Below, piece after piece: positions 53,720 through 63,107 of a stretch of 64,000 nt of DNA. Numbering within the stretch: position 1 is the first letter of the stretch; every line of letters begins with the position of its first letter. A program made the translations under genes and the position numbers. This stretch comes from an uncultured delta proteobacterium (lineage in GTDB: Bacteria; Myxococcota_A; Polyangia; Polyangiales; JAFGIB01): the NCBI GenBank assembly GCA_963778655.1, contig CAVZVA010000010.1:736001-800000 (forward strand), read 5' to 3'. The notes beneath the pieces were generated by a model that saw only the letters and a program-made list of their open reading frames with translations, did not search any database and was not told the DNA's origin.

Positions 53720-54341
53720 GGGCGCCCAGCGTAGCGCATGCCGCGGCGCTCGCAGCGCCGGCCCCTCGCGCGCCGCGTCGCGACCAAAGCGTAACGGAGC
53801 TGCCACGCGTTTGTACCAATCCGTATGCCAGAGTCGCGACCGCGCGTTCGAACCGGGCCGTGCTCGGGCGCGCGCGCCCAGCTTGTCTGTGTTGTCGCGA
53901 GACCGTGGTCCAGCGTGTGCGCTCGGACGCGGTCGAGGGTCGTTTGGAGGCGCCAACGGCCGCGGCGGCCGGCGCTGCGGGCGCTGCCGAATTCCCAAGA
54001 GACTTGGGGATCGGAGCACACCCTGGACCGAGCGCGAGGTGGTCCCGATAGCCCCGCAGATCGTCCCCATGCAAGGTCGCGACCCGAGTCCCCGGCGGGG
54101 CTCGGTCTCGAGCTTCAACTATAGGATATTACTATAGATATTCGATCATCCCCGACATGCCCTCGGACTCCCCGAGCCGTTCGCGATCCCCGCCTTTGAC
54201 CAAATCCCCAATCATTTCCAATGGTCACAAAAGGGATGAGTTTCGCGGCGATCTCTTGCGTCTGAAGCCTGGCTCGACTACTAATCGCCGGCCATGAGCT
54301 GGCGACCGGCGCAGGCCGGGCTTTCTTTTGGGAGGATCGAG

Positions 54342-54875
54342 ATGAAACGACCTTTTTCGACTGTAGGATACGGCCTGCTTGTCGTGGCTTTGTGTGGCTT
54401 CGGCGCGGCTTGTAAGAGCAAGAGCGGCGGCGCGGCCGGCGATGGCGGTGTCGATAGCGGCGCCGGCACGGGCGGCGGCAGCGGCGGCGGCGGCACCGGC
54501 GGCACCGGCGGCACCGGCGGTACGGGCGGCAGCGGCGGGGACGCCGGTGGGCTGACCGAGACTCAGTGCACGGACATGACCGTGGGGCTGGGCCTGGGCG
54601 TGTCCATGAAGTGCGCCGCATGCGGCTGCAAGCAGGATCTGGCGATGGCGTCTCAGTGCGTCAAGAACTCGGACTGCTGGAAGCTGATTGTCTGTGCCAC
54701 GGCGAATTGTGCCGACCCGACCAATGTGAGCTGCCTGTCGACGAATTGCGCGTCCACGCTTAGCACCGGTGGCGCCGACGCGACGGGCTTCGGCATGGTG
54801 CTCAGCGGTCCGTGTGCGGCTGACTGTCCGACGACGCCTCCGGGCGACGGCGGCGCCGAGGACGGCGGCCACTGA
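54342..54875 (+). CDS. Small Cys-rich lipoprotein
   Basis: GGAGG RBS, GAAC lipobox, GGT linker, multiple CxxxC. Confidence 0.75.
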   Translation: MKRPFSTVGYGLLVVALCGFGAACKSKSGGAAGDGGVDSGAGTGGGSGGGGTGGTGGTGGTGGSGGDAGGLTETQCTDMTVGLGLGVSMKCAACGCKQDLAMASQCVKNSDCWKLIVCATANCADPTNVSCLSTNCASTLSTGGADATGFGMVLSGPCAADCPTTPPGDGGAEDGGH

Positions 54876-54952
54876 CGCGAGCGAGACGCGCGACAGCGCG
54901 CGACTGACACCACGAGCGCCCGGGCCATTTGGCTCGGGCGTTCGCGTTTAAG

Positions 54953-55837
54953 CTACGTGGTCCTGGGATGCACGTCGCCGATCGTCGCGCTGCACCATTG
55001 GGCGACGCCGTCGAGACGCGCGAGGTAGCGCAGCTCGGTGTAGCCGGCGGCGGCGATCGCGTGCATGCACGCGTGCAGGCCCACGCCCACGTCGTGGGCG
55101 CCGTGGCCGTCGTCGCCCAGGGTGACACCGATGCCCAGCGCGCGGGCGCGCTCCAGGATGGGTGGCAAGGGATAGACCGGGCTCAGGCCGCGGCGGAAGG
55201 CGCCGCAGTTGACGTCGAGCACGCCGCCGCAGTCGCGCACCGCCTCGAGCGCGCGCTCGATGTGGGGCTGCACGCTCGGCGCGAAGCCGGCGCCCGGGCC
55301 GTCGAACTTGCGCACCAAATCGAGGTGGCCCACCACCTCGGGCCGCAGCGTCTGCACCAGCTCGGCCACGGCGTCGAAGTAGCGCGCGTGCAGCGCCTCG
55401 CGGCCGCCCAGCCGCTCGGCCAGCGCGGCCGTGAGCTCCGGCTTGTAGTCGACGTAGCAGCCGTCGACGTCGTGCACGCTGCCGACGATGTACTCGAACG
55501 GCGCGCTCTGTCGGATCGCGCGCATGCGCGCGGCCCAGTCGCCCGGCGGCAGTCGCTCGGTCTCGAAGCCCACCAGGATCTGGATGCGGTCTGCGTACTC
55601 GTCGCGCAGCGCGAACGCGCGCTCGGTATAAGCCGCAAACGCGCTGGCGAGCGGCGCGGGTCCGAAGTCGACCTCGTCGCCGAACAGATCTTCTTGGCGA
55701 TAGCGCGGGCAGTGCTCGGACAGGCCGTAGTGGGTGAAGCCGGCTTCGATCGCGCGCTCGATCACCGCGCGCAGGGCGCCCTTGGCGTGCCGGCAGAACT
55801 CGCCGCTGTGGCCGCTGTGGTAGCTGAACCAAGGCAT
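54953..55837 (-). CDS. Histidinol-phosphatase, PHP (HisJ/HisK) family
   Basis: HSGHSGEFCRHA, SEHCPR, GSVH, GHLDL, GDDGH. Confidence 0.82.
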   Translation of the reverse strand: MPWFSYHSGHSGEFCRHAKGALRAVIERAIEAGFTHYGLSEHCPRYRQEDLFGDEVDFGPAPLASAFAAYTERAFALRDEYADRIQILVGFETERLPPGDWAARMRAIRQSAPFEYIVGSVHDVDGCYVDYKPELTAALAERLGGREALHARYFDAVAELVQTLRPEVVGHLDLVRKFDGPGAGFAPSVQPHIERALEAVRDCGGVLDVNCGAFRRGLSPVYPLPPILERARALGIGVTLGDDGHGAHDVGVGLHACMHAIAAAGYTELRYLARLDGVAQWCSATIGDVHPRTT

Positions 55838-55850
55838 GGTCGGCCAAGAT

Positions 55851-55892
55851 TCACAGGAAGACGGGAAGACGGGAAGAGCCGATCTTCTTGTT
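55851..55892. repeat. Dispersed repeat family B
   Basis: TCACAGGAAGACGGGAAGACGGGAAG ... TCTTCTTGT. Confidence 0.65.
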
Positions 55893-55912
55893 TGATCGAT
55901 TCGGACGCGCGC

Positions 55913-57202
55913 TCAGCGGCCGGCGATGCGCAGGGCGGCTTCGGCGCGGCTGATGCGGGCCAGGACCACCTCGGTCTTGGCGCGGCGGAGCAGGGCGCGG
56001 GCCTGGGCGACCTGGTCCAGCGTGGCGGCGCCCAGCTCGTAGCCCTGCTCGGCTTCGCTCACGCGCTGCACGCACGCCTGTAGCAAGGCTTGCGCGGTCT
56101 GCAGCCGCGCCACCGCGTTACTGGCATCGAGGCGCGCGGCCGCGAGCTCGCCCTTGCGCTGCTCGGCGTGCTGCTGCAGCTGCGCGCCCAGCTCTTCGGC
56201 GTGCGCGCGCGCCGCGGCCGCGCCGGCCTTGGCGCTGCCGCCGTCCCATAGCGGCAGCGAGAAGCCAACGCCCACCGCGTAAGCCGGAAACGGGGTGAGG
56301 TTGAGCGCGCTGAGCCCGGCCTGCGCGTTGCCCGTGAGCAGCGGCGCGTCGGCCTTCGCTTGCGCCCGCGCGCTGGCGTTCGCGGCTTGCTGCTGCAGCG
56401 CGAGCGCGCGCTGGGTCGCGTCGTCCCGCGCCGGCTGCAGCGGCATATCGATCTGCAGCAGCGTGCGGTCGGGCTCGGCGCTAGCAGCGAGCTCGCTGCC
56501 CACGGTCTGCGCGAGCGCGAGCTTGGCCGCACGCAGATCGCCCTGTGCGCGCTCCTGCTCGAGCTTGGCCAGCATCTCGTCGGCGCGCGCCGAGGACAGC
56601 TCCGACTTGGGTCGCACGCCCTCGCCGATCAGCGCCTCGACATGCTCGCGCCGACTCTGCGCTTCTTGCGCTGCTTGCTCCGCGATCGCGTCGAGCTCGC
56701 TCGCGCTCAGCCAGCTCAGATACGCGCCGCGTACCGCGCGCACGATCTGCAGCCGCGTCGCCTCTTCTTCGGCCTCGGCCGACGCGTACCGGGCGCGGCC
56801 GGCCTCGAGCGCGGCGGCGGTGCGGCCGAAGTCGTAGAGGTTGGCGTCGAGCTCGAGCCCGAGCTGATCGCGCACCTGAGGATCGAAGGCGCCCGCCTGG
56901 TTGAGCTTGCGCGAGCCCTGCACGAGCCAAGCGTTGTTGTTGACGTCGGTGACGGTCACGAGCGCCCGCCCGGGCGCCATCACGCTCTGCGCCTGCAGCG
57001 ACAGCTTCGGGTAGTAGCCGCTCTGCGCCTTGTCGATCTCCGCTTGCGCGGCGCGCTGGCGCGCGGCGCCGGCGGCCAGTGCCGGGCGATTGCGCAGCGC
57101 GAGCTGCTCGAGCTGCGCGAGCCGCACCACCTCCGCCGCGCCCGCCCGCGGCCACAGCCAAAGCCCCAACAGCACCCCCAACGGCACCTGCCATGTCCTC
57201 AT
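55913..57202 (-). CDS. TolC family outer-membrane efflux protein
   Basis: Signal peptide, YYPKL, LYDFG, LPLWDGG, YELG. Confidence 0.88.
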   Translation of the reverse strand: MRTWQVPLGVLLGLWLWPRAGAAEVVRLAQLEQLALRNRPALAAGAARQRAAQAEIDKAQSGYYPKLSLQAQSVMAPGRALVTVTDVNNNAWLVQGSRKLNQAGAFDPQVRDQLGLELDANLYDFGRTAAALEAGRARYASAEAEEEATRLQIVRAVRGAYLSWLSASELDAIAEQAAQEAQSRREHVEALIGEGVRPKSELSSARADEMLAKLEQERAQGDLRAAKLALAQTVGSELAASAEPDRTLLQIDMPLQPARDDATQRALALQQQAANASARAQAKADAPLLTGNAQAGLSALNLTPFPAYAVGVGFSLPLWDGGSAKAGAAAARAHAEELGAQLQQHAEQRKGELAAARLDASNAVARLQTAQALLQACVQRVSEAEQGYELGAATLDQVAQARALLRRAKTEVVLARISRAEAALRIAGR

Positions 57203-57429
57203 CGCGTGCTCTCCCGGTCTCTAGTCATCGGGAGGGGCACGCGCCCCTCCCGCCCCACCGGCAAAGCCGTTGGGGCCCCACCCTCCGGCGAGGGTCGCTT
57301 GGCTCCCTCTTGGCTTGAAGCGTGATCGCGCTTACGAGTGCTCGCGCGTGGGGCCCCACCCTCCGGCGAGGGTCGCTTGGCTCCCTCTTGGCTTGAAGCG
57401 TGATCGCGCTTGCCGGCCATCGTGCTCAC
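57199..57429 (-). CDS. Possible repeat-derived 76-aa linker ORF
   Basis: GTGA overlap with the ATPase stop and ATGA overlap with the tolC start; almost entirely family-A repeat sequence. Confidence 0.35.
   Translation of the reverse strand: MSTMAGKRDHASSQEGAKRPSPEGGAPRASTRKRDHASSQEGAKRPSPEGGAPTALPVGREGRVPLPMTRDRESTR
57229..57411 (-). repeat. Family A repeat with internal 63-bp duplication (period 78)
   Basis: Hairpin at 57229-57252; direct repeats at 57271-57333 and 57349-57411; core nearly identical to the 62606 unit in reverse. Confidence 0.85.
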
Positions 57430-58148
57430 CGGGTTGCCGCCTGCGCGTGCTCCTGTGGGTCCGCGATCAGCCCGTCCCTTATGTGGATGACGCGGTCCGC
57501 GAAGTCGGCCACCTCTTGGTCGTGGGTGACCAGGATGACGGTGAGCCCGCTCTCGGCGTGCAGCTCCGCGAGCAGCCGCAGCACTTCCTCGCCGGTGCGC
57601 GTGTCGAGCGCGCCGGTCGGCTCGTCCGCGAGCAACAGCCGCGGCCCGTTCGCCAGCGAGCGCGCGATCGCCACGCGCTGGCGCTGCCCGCCCGAGAGCT
57701 GGTTGGGGCGGTGGTGCAGCCGGTCCGACAGCCCCACGCGATCGAGCAGCGCCCGTGCGCGCGCCTCGCGCTGCCTGCGCCCGACGCCGGCGTATTGCAG
57801 CGGCAGCGCCACGTTCTCGAGCACGCTCTGGTCGCCGATCAGATGAAACGACTGGAACACGAAGCCCAGGTAGTGCAGCCGCACCCAGGCCTGCTCGGTG
57901 CGGTCGAGCGTGGAGACGTCGCGGCCGCCCAGCAGGTAATGCCCGGCGCTCGGCCGGTCGAGGCAGCCCAAGATGTTCAGCAGCGTGGATTTGCCCGAGC
58001 CGCTCGGGCCCATCAGCGCCACCACCTCACCGGCGTCGATGCGCAGGTCGACCCCGCGCAGCACCGGCACCCGCAGCGCGCCTTGCCCGTAGACCTTGTG
58101 CAGGGCGCGCACCTCGACCACCGCATCGCTGGGGCGCGCCGCCTGCAT
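57426..58148 (-). CDS. ABC transporter ATP-binding protein (MacB/LolD type)
   Basis: GPSGSGKST, LSGGQRQR, LLADEPTGALD, VTHD. Confidence 0.93.
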   Translation of the reverse strand: MQAARPSDAVVEVRALHKVYGQGALRVPVLRGVDLRIDAGEVVALMGPSGSGKSTLLNILGCLDRPSAGHYLLGGRDVSTLDRTEQAWVRLHYLGFVFQSFHLIGDQSVLENVALPLQYAGVGRRQREARARALLDRVGLSDRLHHRPNQLSGGQRQRVAIARSLANGPRLLLADEPTGALDTRTGEEVLRLLAELHAESGLTVILVTHDQEVADFADRVIHIRDGLIADPQEHAQAATR

Positions 58149-58150
58149 GC

Positions 58151-59380
58151 TCACTTCTTGCCGAGCGAGACGCTCGGCTTGCCTGTGGAAAGCTCGGGGT
58201 GCAGCAGCCCGATCGCCAGCTGGTCGCCGGCCGCGAGCCGGCCCGGCGGGTCGGTCTTGACCGCGGTGTAGGCGCCGTCGGAGATGCCGGGCTCGACCGC
58301 GATCGGCTCGAGCTGATTCAACCCGCGCAGCCGCCACACCCGGCTGCGCGGCGCCGCCGGCTCGGCCTGCTCGGGGTCGAAGCGCAGCGCAGCCTCGTGC
58401 ACCGCCAGCACGTCGGTCGCGCGCGCCACCTCGAGCTGCACCCGCGCGCTCATCCCCGGCAGCAGCGCGCCGCGCGGGTTGTCGACCAGCAGCCGCACCG
58501 GGTAGAGCGCCACGCCGCCCTCGCGCTTGGGCTCGATGCCGATGCGGTCGATCTTGGCGTTGAAGTGCTCGCCCGGCAGCGCCTGCACCAGCACCTCGGC
58601 CTTCTGGCCCGGCGCCAGCAGCGCGATCTCGGTCTCGCTGACCTGCGCGTCCACGCGCATCACGGACAGCGGCGCGCCGATCTCGAACAGCGGCCCGCGC
58701 TCGGGGCTGACCGCGGCGCCCACGCGCTCGGGCGCCAGCAGCACCACGCCGTCCACCGGCGCCACGATCCGGCTCAGGCTCTTGCTCAGCTCGCTCGAGG
58801 CCACGCTCTGGCCGGCCAGCTGTTTGTCGGCGCGCGCGGCTTGCAGCGCAGCCTTGGCGCCCGCCAGCGCGCTCTGCGCGTCGGTCACGGCCTGGTCGCT
58901 GGCGAGGCCCTTGTCGTGCAGCCGCTTGGCTTGCTGGGCGTCGTGGCTGGCCGCGTCGAAGGCGGCCTGGGCCTGCGCCAGGCGGCTCGCCGCCGCGTCG
59001 ACCGTGAGCCGCGCGCTGCGCACCGCGAGCTCGGCGGCGCGCTGATCGAGCGTGGCCAGCAGCTCGCCCTGCGTGACCTCTTGGCGCGGCTCGACCTCGA
59101 TCGCGGTCAGCCGCCCCGCGATCGGGGCCGGCACGTCCACGCGGCTGCGTACGTCCACGATGCCGGTGGTCTCGACCCGCTGCACGATGGTGCGGCGCGC
59201 GACCCGCTCGGTACGGTATAGCGGCAGCACGGGCTTGGGGCGCATGGCGTAGGCGACCGCGGCGGCTGCCAGCGCCAGCAGCAAGACCAGCCCCACCACG
59301 CGCCGCAGCCGCGCGCGCCGGCCCAGCTCCGGGATCTGCAGCCGGGAATCCACCCCCTGCGCGTGTGCCTGATCGTTCAC
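58151..59380 (-). CDS. MacA-like periplasmic adaptor (membrane fusion protein)
   Basis: N-terminal TM, coiled coil, IVAPVDGVV, VSETEI, LLPGMSA. Confidence 0.88.
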   Translation of the reverse strand: MNDQAHAQGVDSRLQIPELGRRARLRRVVGLVLLLALAAAAVAYAMRPKPVLPLYRTERVARRTIVQRVETTGIVDVRSRVDVPAPIAGRLTAIEVEPRQEVTQGELLATLDQRAAELAVRSARLTVDAAASRLAQAQAAFDAASHDAQQAKRLHDKGLASDQAVTDAQSALAGAKAALQAARADKQLAGQSVASSELSKSLSRIVAPVDGVVLLAPERVGAAVSPERGPLFEIGAPLSVMRVDAQVSETEIALLAPGQKAEVLVQALPGEHFNAKIDRIGIEPKREGGVALYPVRLLVDNPRGALLPGMSARVQLEVARATDVLAVHEAALRFDPEQAEPAAPRSRVWRLRGLNQLEPIAVEPGISDGAYTAVKTDPPGRLAAGDQLAIGLLHPELSTGKPSVSLGKK

Positions 59381-59580
59381 GGTTGCGGTTGTACACCCAT
59401 CCTGGATCGCCCGCCGCCTTCTGGGCGCGGACCCCCAGCTGGCTGCTGCAAGCCCCGGGCCAGGCCCCTTATGCGGGTTTTCCCGCGGCCAGCGCGCGCG
59501 CCTGCGTCGCGCTGCGGGCACGCTGTGCGCCTCGGCGTGGCAGCCCGGGCACGCCGGCGAGGGCGTGCCCGACCCGGTGT

Positions 59581-59649
59581 GAACGGGAAGACGGGAAGGC
59601 GGGAAGCAGAAACCATCATCTGTGCTTCCCGCGTTCCCTTCTTGCTGTG
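59581..59649. repeat. Dispersed palindromic repeat family B
   Basis: ACGGGAAGACGGGAAGGCGGGAAGCA ... TGCTTCCCGCGTTCCCTTCTTGCTGT. Confidence 0.65.
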
Positions 59650-59760
59650 CAATCCTGCTGGCGCGCGCGGATCTCGACGCGACCGGCGGGGACCGCGACG
59701 CGTTCTTGCAAATCGTGGACGGTTGCCCGGATCATGCCGCCGGGAGGCTGGATTGGTCTT

Positions 59761-60660
59761 ATGAGTAAGCGCGTCGCATTCATCGGGCTCGGAGTCATGG
59801 GGTCTCCGATGGCGGGCCACCTCGCGCGGGTGGGCCACGACGTCACCGTCTTCAACCGCACCCTGGCCAAGGCCGAGGACTGGGTCGGGCGCCATGGCGG
59901 TCGCCTGGCGCGCACCCCGGCCGAGGCCGCGGACGGGGCGGAGCTGGTGTTCTGCTGCGTGGGTGACGACAGCCACCTCGAGCAGGTGCTGCTCAGCAGC
60001 GAGGGCGCGTTCGCCACCATGGCGCAAGGCAGCCTGCTGGTGATTCACACCACCGGCTCGGCCGCGTTCGCGCGCGAGCTGTACCGGCGCGCGCTGGTGC
60101 GCGGGGTGGGCTTCCTCGACGCGCCGGTGTCCGGCGGCCAAGACGGCGCGGAGCAAGGCCAGCTCAGCGTGATGTGCGGCGGCGGCGTGGAGGACTTCGA
60201 GCGCGCGCGGCCCGCGATGGAAGCCTACGCGCGCTTCGTGCGCCTGCTCGGCCCGGCCGGCAGCGGCCAGCTCACCAAGATGGTCAACCAGATCTGCATC
60301 GCGGGCGTGCTGCAGGGCCTGTCCGAGGGCCTGCACTTCGCGGAGCAGGCGGGCCTCGATCCCCATGCGGTGGTCGAGGCGGTCTCGCACGGCGCCGCGC
60401 AGTCGTGGCAGATGGACCATCGTCACGAAGCCATGATCGAGCGTCGCTTCGAGCACGGCTTTGCGGTGGACTGGATGCGCAAGGACCTGGCGCTGGCGCT
60501 CGACGAGGCGCGGCACAACGGTGCCAAGCTGCCGGTGAGCGCGCTGATCGATCAGTTCTACGCAGAGATCCAGAGCATGGGAGGCCAGCGCTGGGACAGC
60601 TCGAGCCTGATCCAGTGCCTGCGCGGCGCGGAGCCGGGATTCAGCAGCAGCCGGCCATGA
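59761..60660 (+). CDS. Beta-hydroxyacid (3-hydroxyisobutyrate-type) dehydrogenase
   Basis: FIGLGVMGSPMA, DAPVSGG, KMVNQ, KDL. Confidence 0.9.
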   Translation: MSKRVAFIGLGVMGSPMAGHLARVGHDVTVFNRTLAKAEDWVGRHGGRLARTPAEAADGAELVFCCVGDDSHLEQVLLSSEGAFATMAQGSLLVIHTTGSAAFARELYRRALVRGVGFLDAPVSGGQDGAEQGQLSVMCGGGVEDFERARPAMEAYARFVRLLGPAGSGQLTKMVNQICIAGVLQGLSEGLHFAEQAGLDPHAVVEAVSHGAAQSWQMDHRHEAMIERRFEHGFAVDWMRKDLALALDEARHNGAKLPVSALIDQFYAEIQSMGGQRWDSSSLIQCLRGAEPGFSSSRP

Positions 60661-61002
60661 GTGGGGCCGGCTCGAAATTCCCCAAAGACCACGGGGAGGT
60701 GCGGAGGCACATCGAGAATTTATCCGATGTGCCTATTGTCTACGGTCCGCAGCTAGCCTACGTTCAGCAATGCGACTCACCAGCCGGCTCGTCGCGGTTG
60801 CCGGCCGGGTCGCATGACCGTGCGCAGGACTCGTTTGGGGACGCAGTAGTAGGTAGCCGGCACCGGCGTTAAAGCGTTTCGAAACTAGAGCCGAACAGCG
60901 CGTTCCGACCGAAAGCAGGCTCGGACTCCACTCCTGGCGGAGCGGAGAGGCGCGTTCGAAGCGCTGCGATCGCAGGAGTCGTGCGACTGGAGGGTTGTGA
61001 CC

Positions 61003-62481
61003 ATGAACCATATTGCGATGCCAGGCGTGAGTGCGATGAGCGCGTATGTGCCCCCGTTTCGGGTGCGGCTCCAGGATTGGTGCGAGTGGACCGGTAACTC
61101 CTGGGACAAGATCCAGGTCGTGGTGGGGCGCAGCTTTCGCGTGCCCGGCCGCCACGAGAACGTGTACACGATGGCGGCCAACGCCGTGCTGCGGCTGATC
61201 CGCCAGAACCATATCGACCCGCAGCTGGTCGGTTTTCTGGGCTTCGGCACGGAATCGAGCACCGACAACGCGGCCGGTGCAGTGATCGTGCGCGGCATGG
61301 TGGACCGCGGGCTCGAGGCGCTCGGCTACCCCCGGCTCTCGCGCCACTGCGAGGTGCCCGAGTTCAAGCACGCGTGCCTGGGCGGCGTGTACGCGCTCAA
61401 GGCCGCCGTGCGCTACGTGAGCTGCGACGCTGGAGACAAGCTGGCGATCGTGGTGTGCGGCGACGTGGCGGAATACCAGCGCGGCAGCACCGGCGAGCAG
61501 ACGCAGGGCGCGGGCGCGGTCGCGATGCTGGTTACGCGCGAGGCCAAGCTGTTCGAGGTCGACCTGGCGCACTCCGGCAGCGCCTCGGACTACCGCGGCC
61601 CCGACTTTCGCAAGCCGTTCGCGCGGCACTTCCACGAGGCGTACGCGCCCGGCGTACAGCGCATGAGCGACTTCCCGGTGTTCAGCGGCAAGTACTCGAC
61701 GTATTCGTACCTGGACGAGACGGTGCAGGCGGTCGAGGAGATGCTGCGCAAGCTCAACGTCTCGGGCGGGCGCTACTACAACAGCGTGCACAGCCTGTTC
61801 TTCCACCGGCCTTACGAGATGATGCCAGTGCAGGCGATGAGCTTTCTGTACGTGCGCGGGATGGCGCGCGGCGATCACTATCAGGAGGAGCTGCAGGCGT
61901 TGTGCAGCGAGGCCGGCGTGTCCTGCGACGACATCGTCAAGGAGGCGTTGTCGACGCCCGACTTGTTCGCGCGCGTGTCGGCCGAGGGCGCGGAGGTCGG
62001 CGATCCGTACAAGGCGACCAGCGCGGTCGCGGCGGTGGTGCGCAAGAAGCCGCAGTTCCGCGAGCTGCTGGCGCGCAAGCTGTGCCTGGGTGCCCACGTG
62101 GTGCGCGATCTCGGCAATCTCTATTCGGCGGCGCTGCCGGTGTGGCTGGCCGCCGGCTTCGAGGAGGGCGCCGAACAGGGGCTCGAGCTCACCGCGCGAC
62201 CAATGGTGGCGGTCGGCTACGGCAGCGGCGACGCGGCCGAGGCGATTCCGATCACGCCGGTGGCCGGCTGGGAGCAGGCGGCGCGTCAGATCGCGCTCAA
62301 GCAGGCCCTGTCGAGCCCGATCGATCTGCGCCGGGACCAGTATGAAGCGCTGCACGACGGCCGCGCGGTGCCCGGCCTGGAGTACGCGCCGCGCAGCGAG
62401 TTCATCATTACCCACGTGGGCAATCGCTACGAAGCGAGCTTCCAGGATCTGGGCGTGGAGTACTACAAGTACGTCAGCTGA
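61003..62481 (+). CDS. mvaS: Hydroxymethylglutaryl-CoA synthase
   Basis: GTES, EFKHACLGG catalytic Cys, GEQTQGAGAVAML, DFRKP, FHRP, GNLYSA, GYGSG. Confidence 0.88.
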   Translation: MNHIAMPGVSAMSAYVPPFRVRLQDWCEWTGNSWDKIQVVVGRSFRVPGRHENVYTMAANAVLRLIRQNHIDPQLVGFLGFGTESSTDNAAGAVIVRGMVDRGLEALGYPRLSRHCEVPEFKHACLGGVYALKAAVRYVSCDAGDKLAIVVCGDVAEYQRGSTGEQTQGAGAVAMLVTREAKLFEVDLAHSGSASDYRGPDFRKPFARHFHEAYAPGVQRMSDFPVFSGKYSTYSYLDETVQAVEEMLRKLNVSGGRYYNSVHSLFFHRPYEMMPVQAMSFLYVRGMARGDHYQEELQALCSEAGVSCDDIVKEALSTPDLFARVSAEGAEVGDPYKATSAVAAVVRKKPQFRELLARKLCLGAHVVRDLGNLYSAALPVWLAAGFEEGAEQGLELTARPMVAVGYGSGDAAEAIPITPVAGWEQAARQIALKQALSSPIDLRRDQYEALHDGRAVPGLEYAPRSEFIITHVGNRYEASFQDLGVEYYKYVS

Positions 62482-62605
62482 GAGCGTTGCCGTCCAGAAA
62501 CGTCCAGGAGCGGGTTACCTCCTCGGTCCGGCCCCGCGGGGGCGCTCGCTCCAGAGCGCTTCTGAACGGCAGCGCGCAATCGCGCGGGCGGCGACGGGAG
62601 CGAAA

Positions 62606-63106
62606 CGACCCGCGCGGGAGGGTGGGGCCCCAACGGCTTTGCCGGTGGGGCGGGAGGGTCGCGTGACCCGAGGCAGTGCGGCGCAAGCAAGGCGTGAGCG
62701 CAACGCAGTGGAGCGACCCGCGCGGGAGGGTGGGGCCCCAACGGCTTTGCCGGTGGGGCGGGAGGGTCGCGTGACCCGAGGCAGTGCGGCGCAAGCAAGG
62801 CGTGAGCGCAACGCAGTGGAGCGACCCGCGCGGGAGGGTGGGGCCCCAACGGCTTTGCCGGTGGGGCGGGAGGGTCGCGTGACCCGAGGCAGTGCGGCGC
62901 AAGCAAGGCGTGAGCGCAACGCAGTGGAGCGACCCGCGCGGGAGGGTGGGGCCCCAACGGCTTTGCCGGTGGGGCGGGAGGGTCGCGTGACCCGAGGCAG
63001 TGCGGCGCAAGCAAGGCGTGAGCGCAACGCAGTGGAGCGACCCGCGCGGGAGGGTGGGGCCCCAACGGCTTTGCCGGTGGGGCGGGAGGGTCGCGTGACC
63101 CTCCCG
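62606..63106. repeat. Tandem array of about 4.6 identical 108-bp units built on repeat family A
   Basis: Units start at 62606, 62714, 62822, 62930 and 63038; between convergent mvaS and acyl-CoA dehydrogenase. Confidence 0.95.
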
Positions 63107-63107
63107 C

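Noticed and set aside
53815..53830. Sigma-54 promoter for tag (TGGCATACGGATTGGT, minus strand)
   Set aside because: The -12 element is GG rather than GC; too weak to call.
57426..59396. 656-aa ORF as a fused MacB (permease + ATPase)
   Set aside because: The upstream part is an off-frame read of the adaptor gene with no TM helices; the ATPase starts at 58148.
62606..63106. CRISPR array
   Set aside because: The 'spacers' are identical, the core is 64 bp, and there are no cas genes; it is a tandem repeat.
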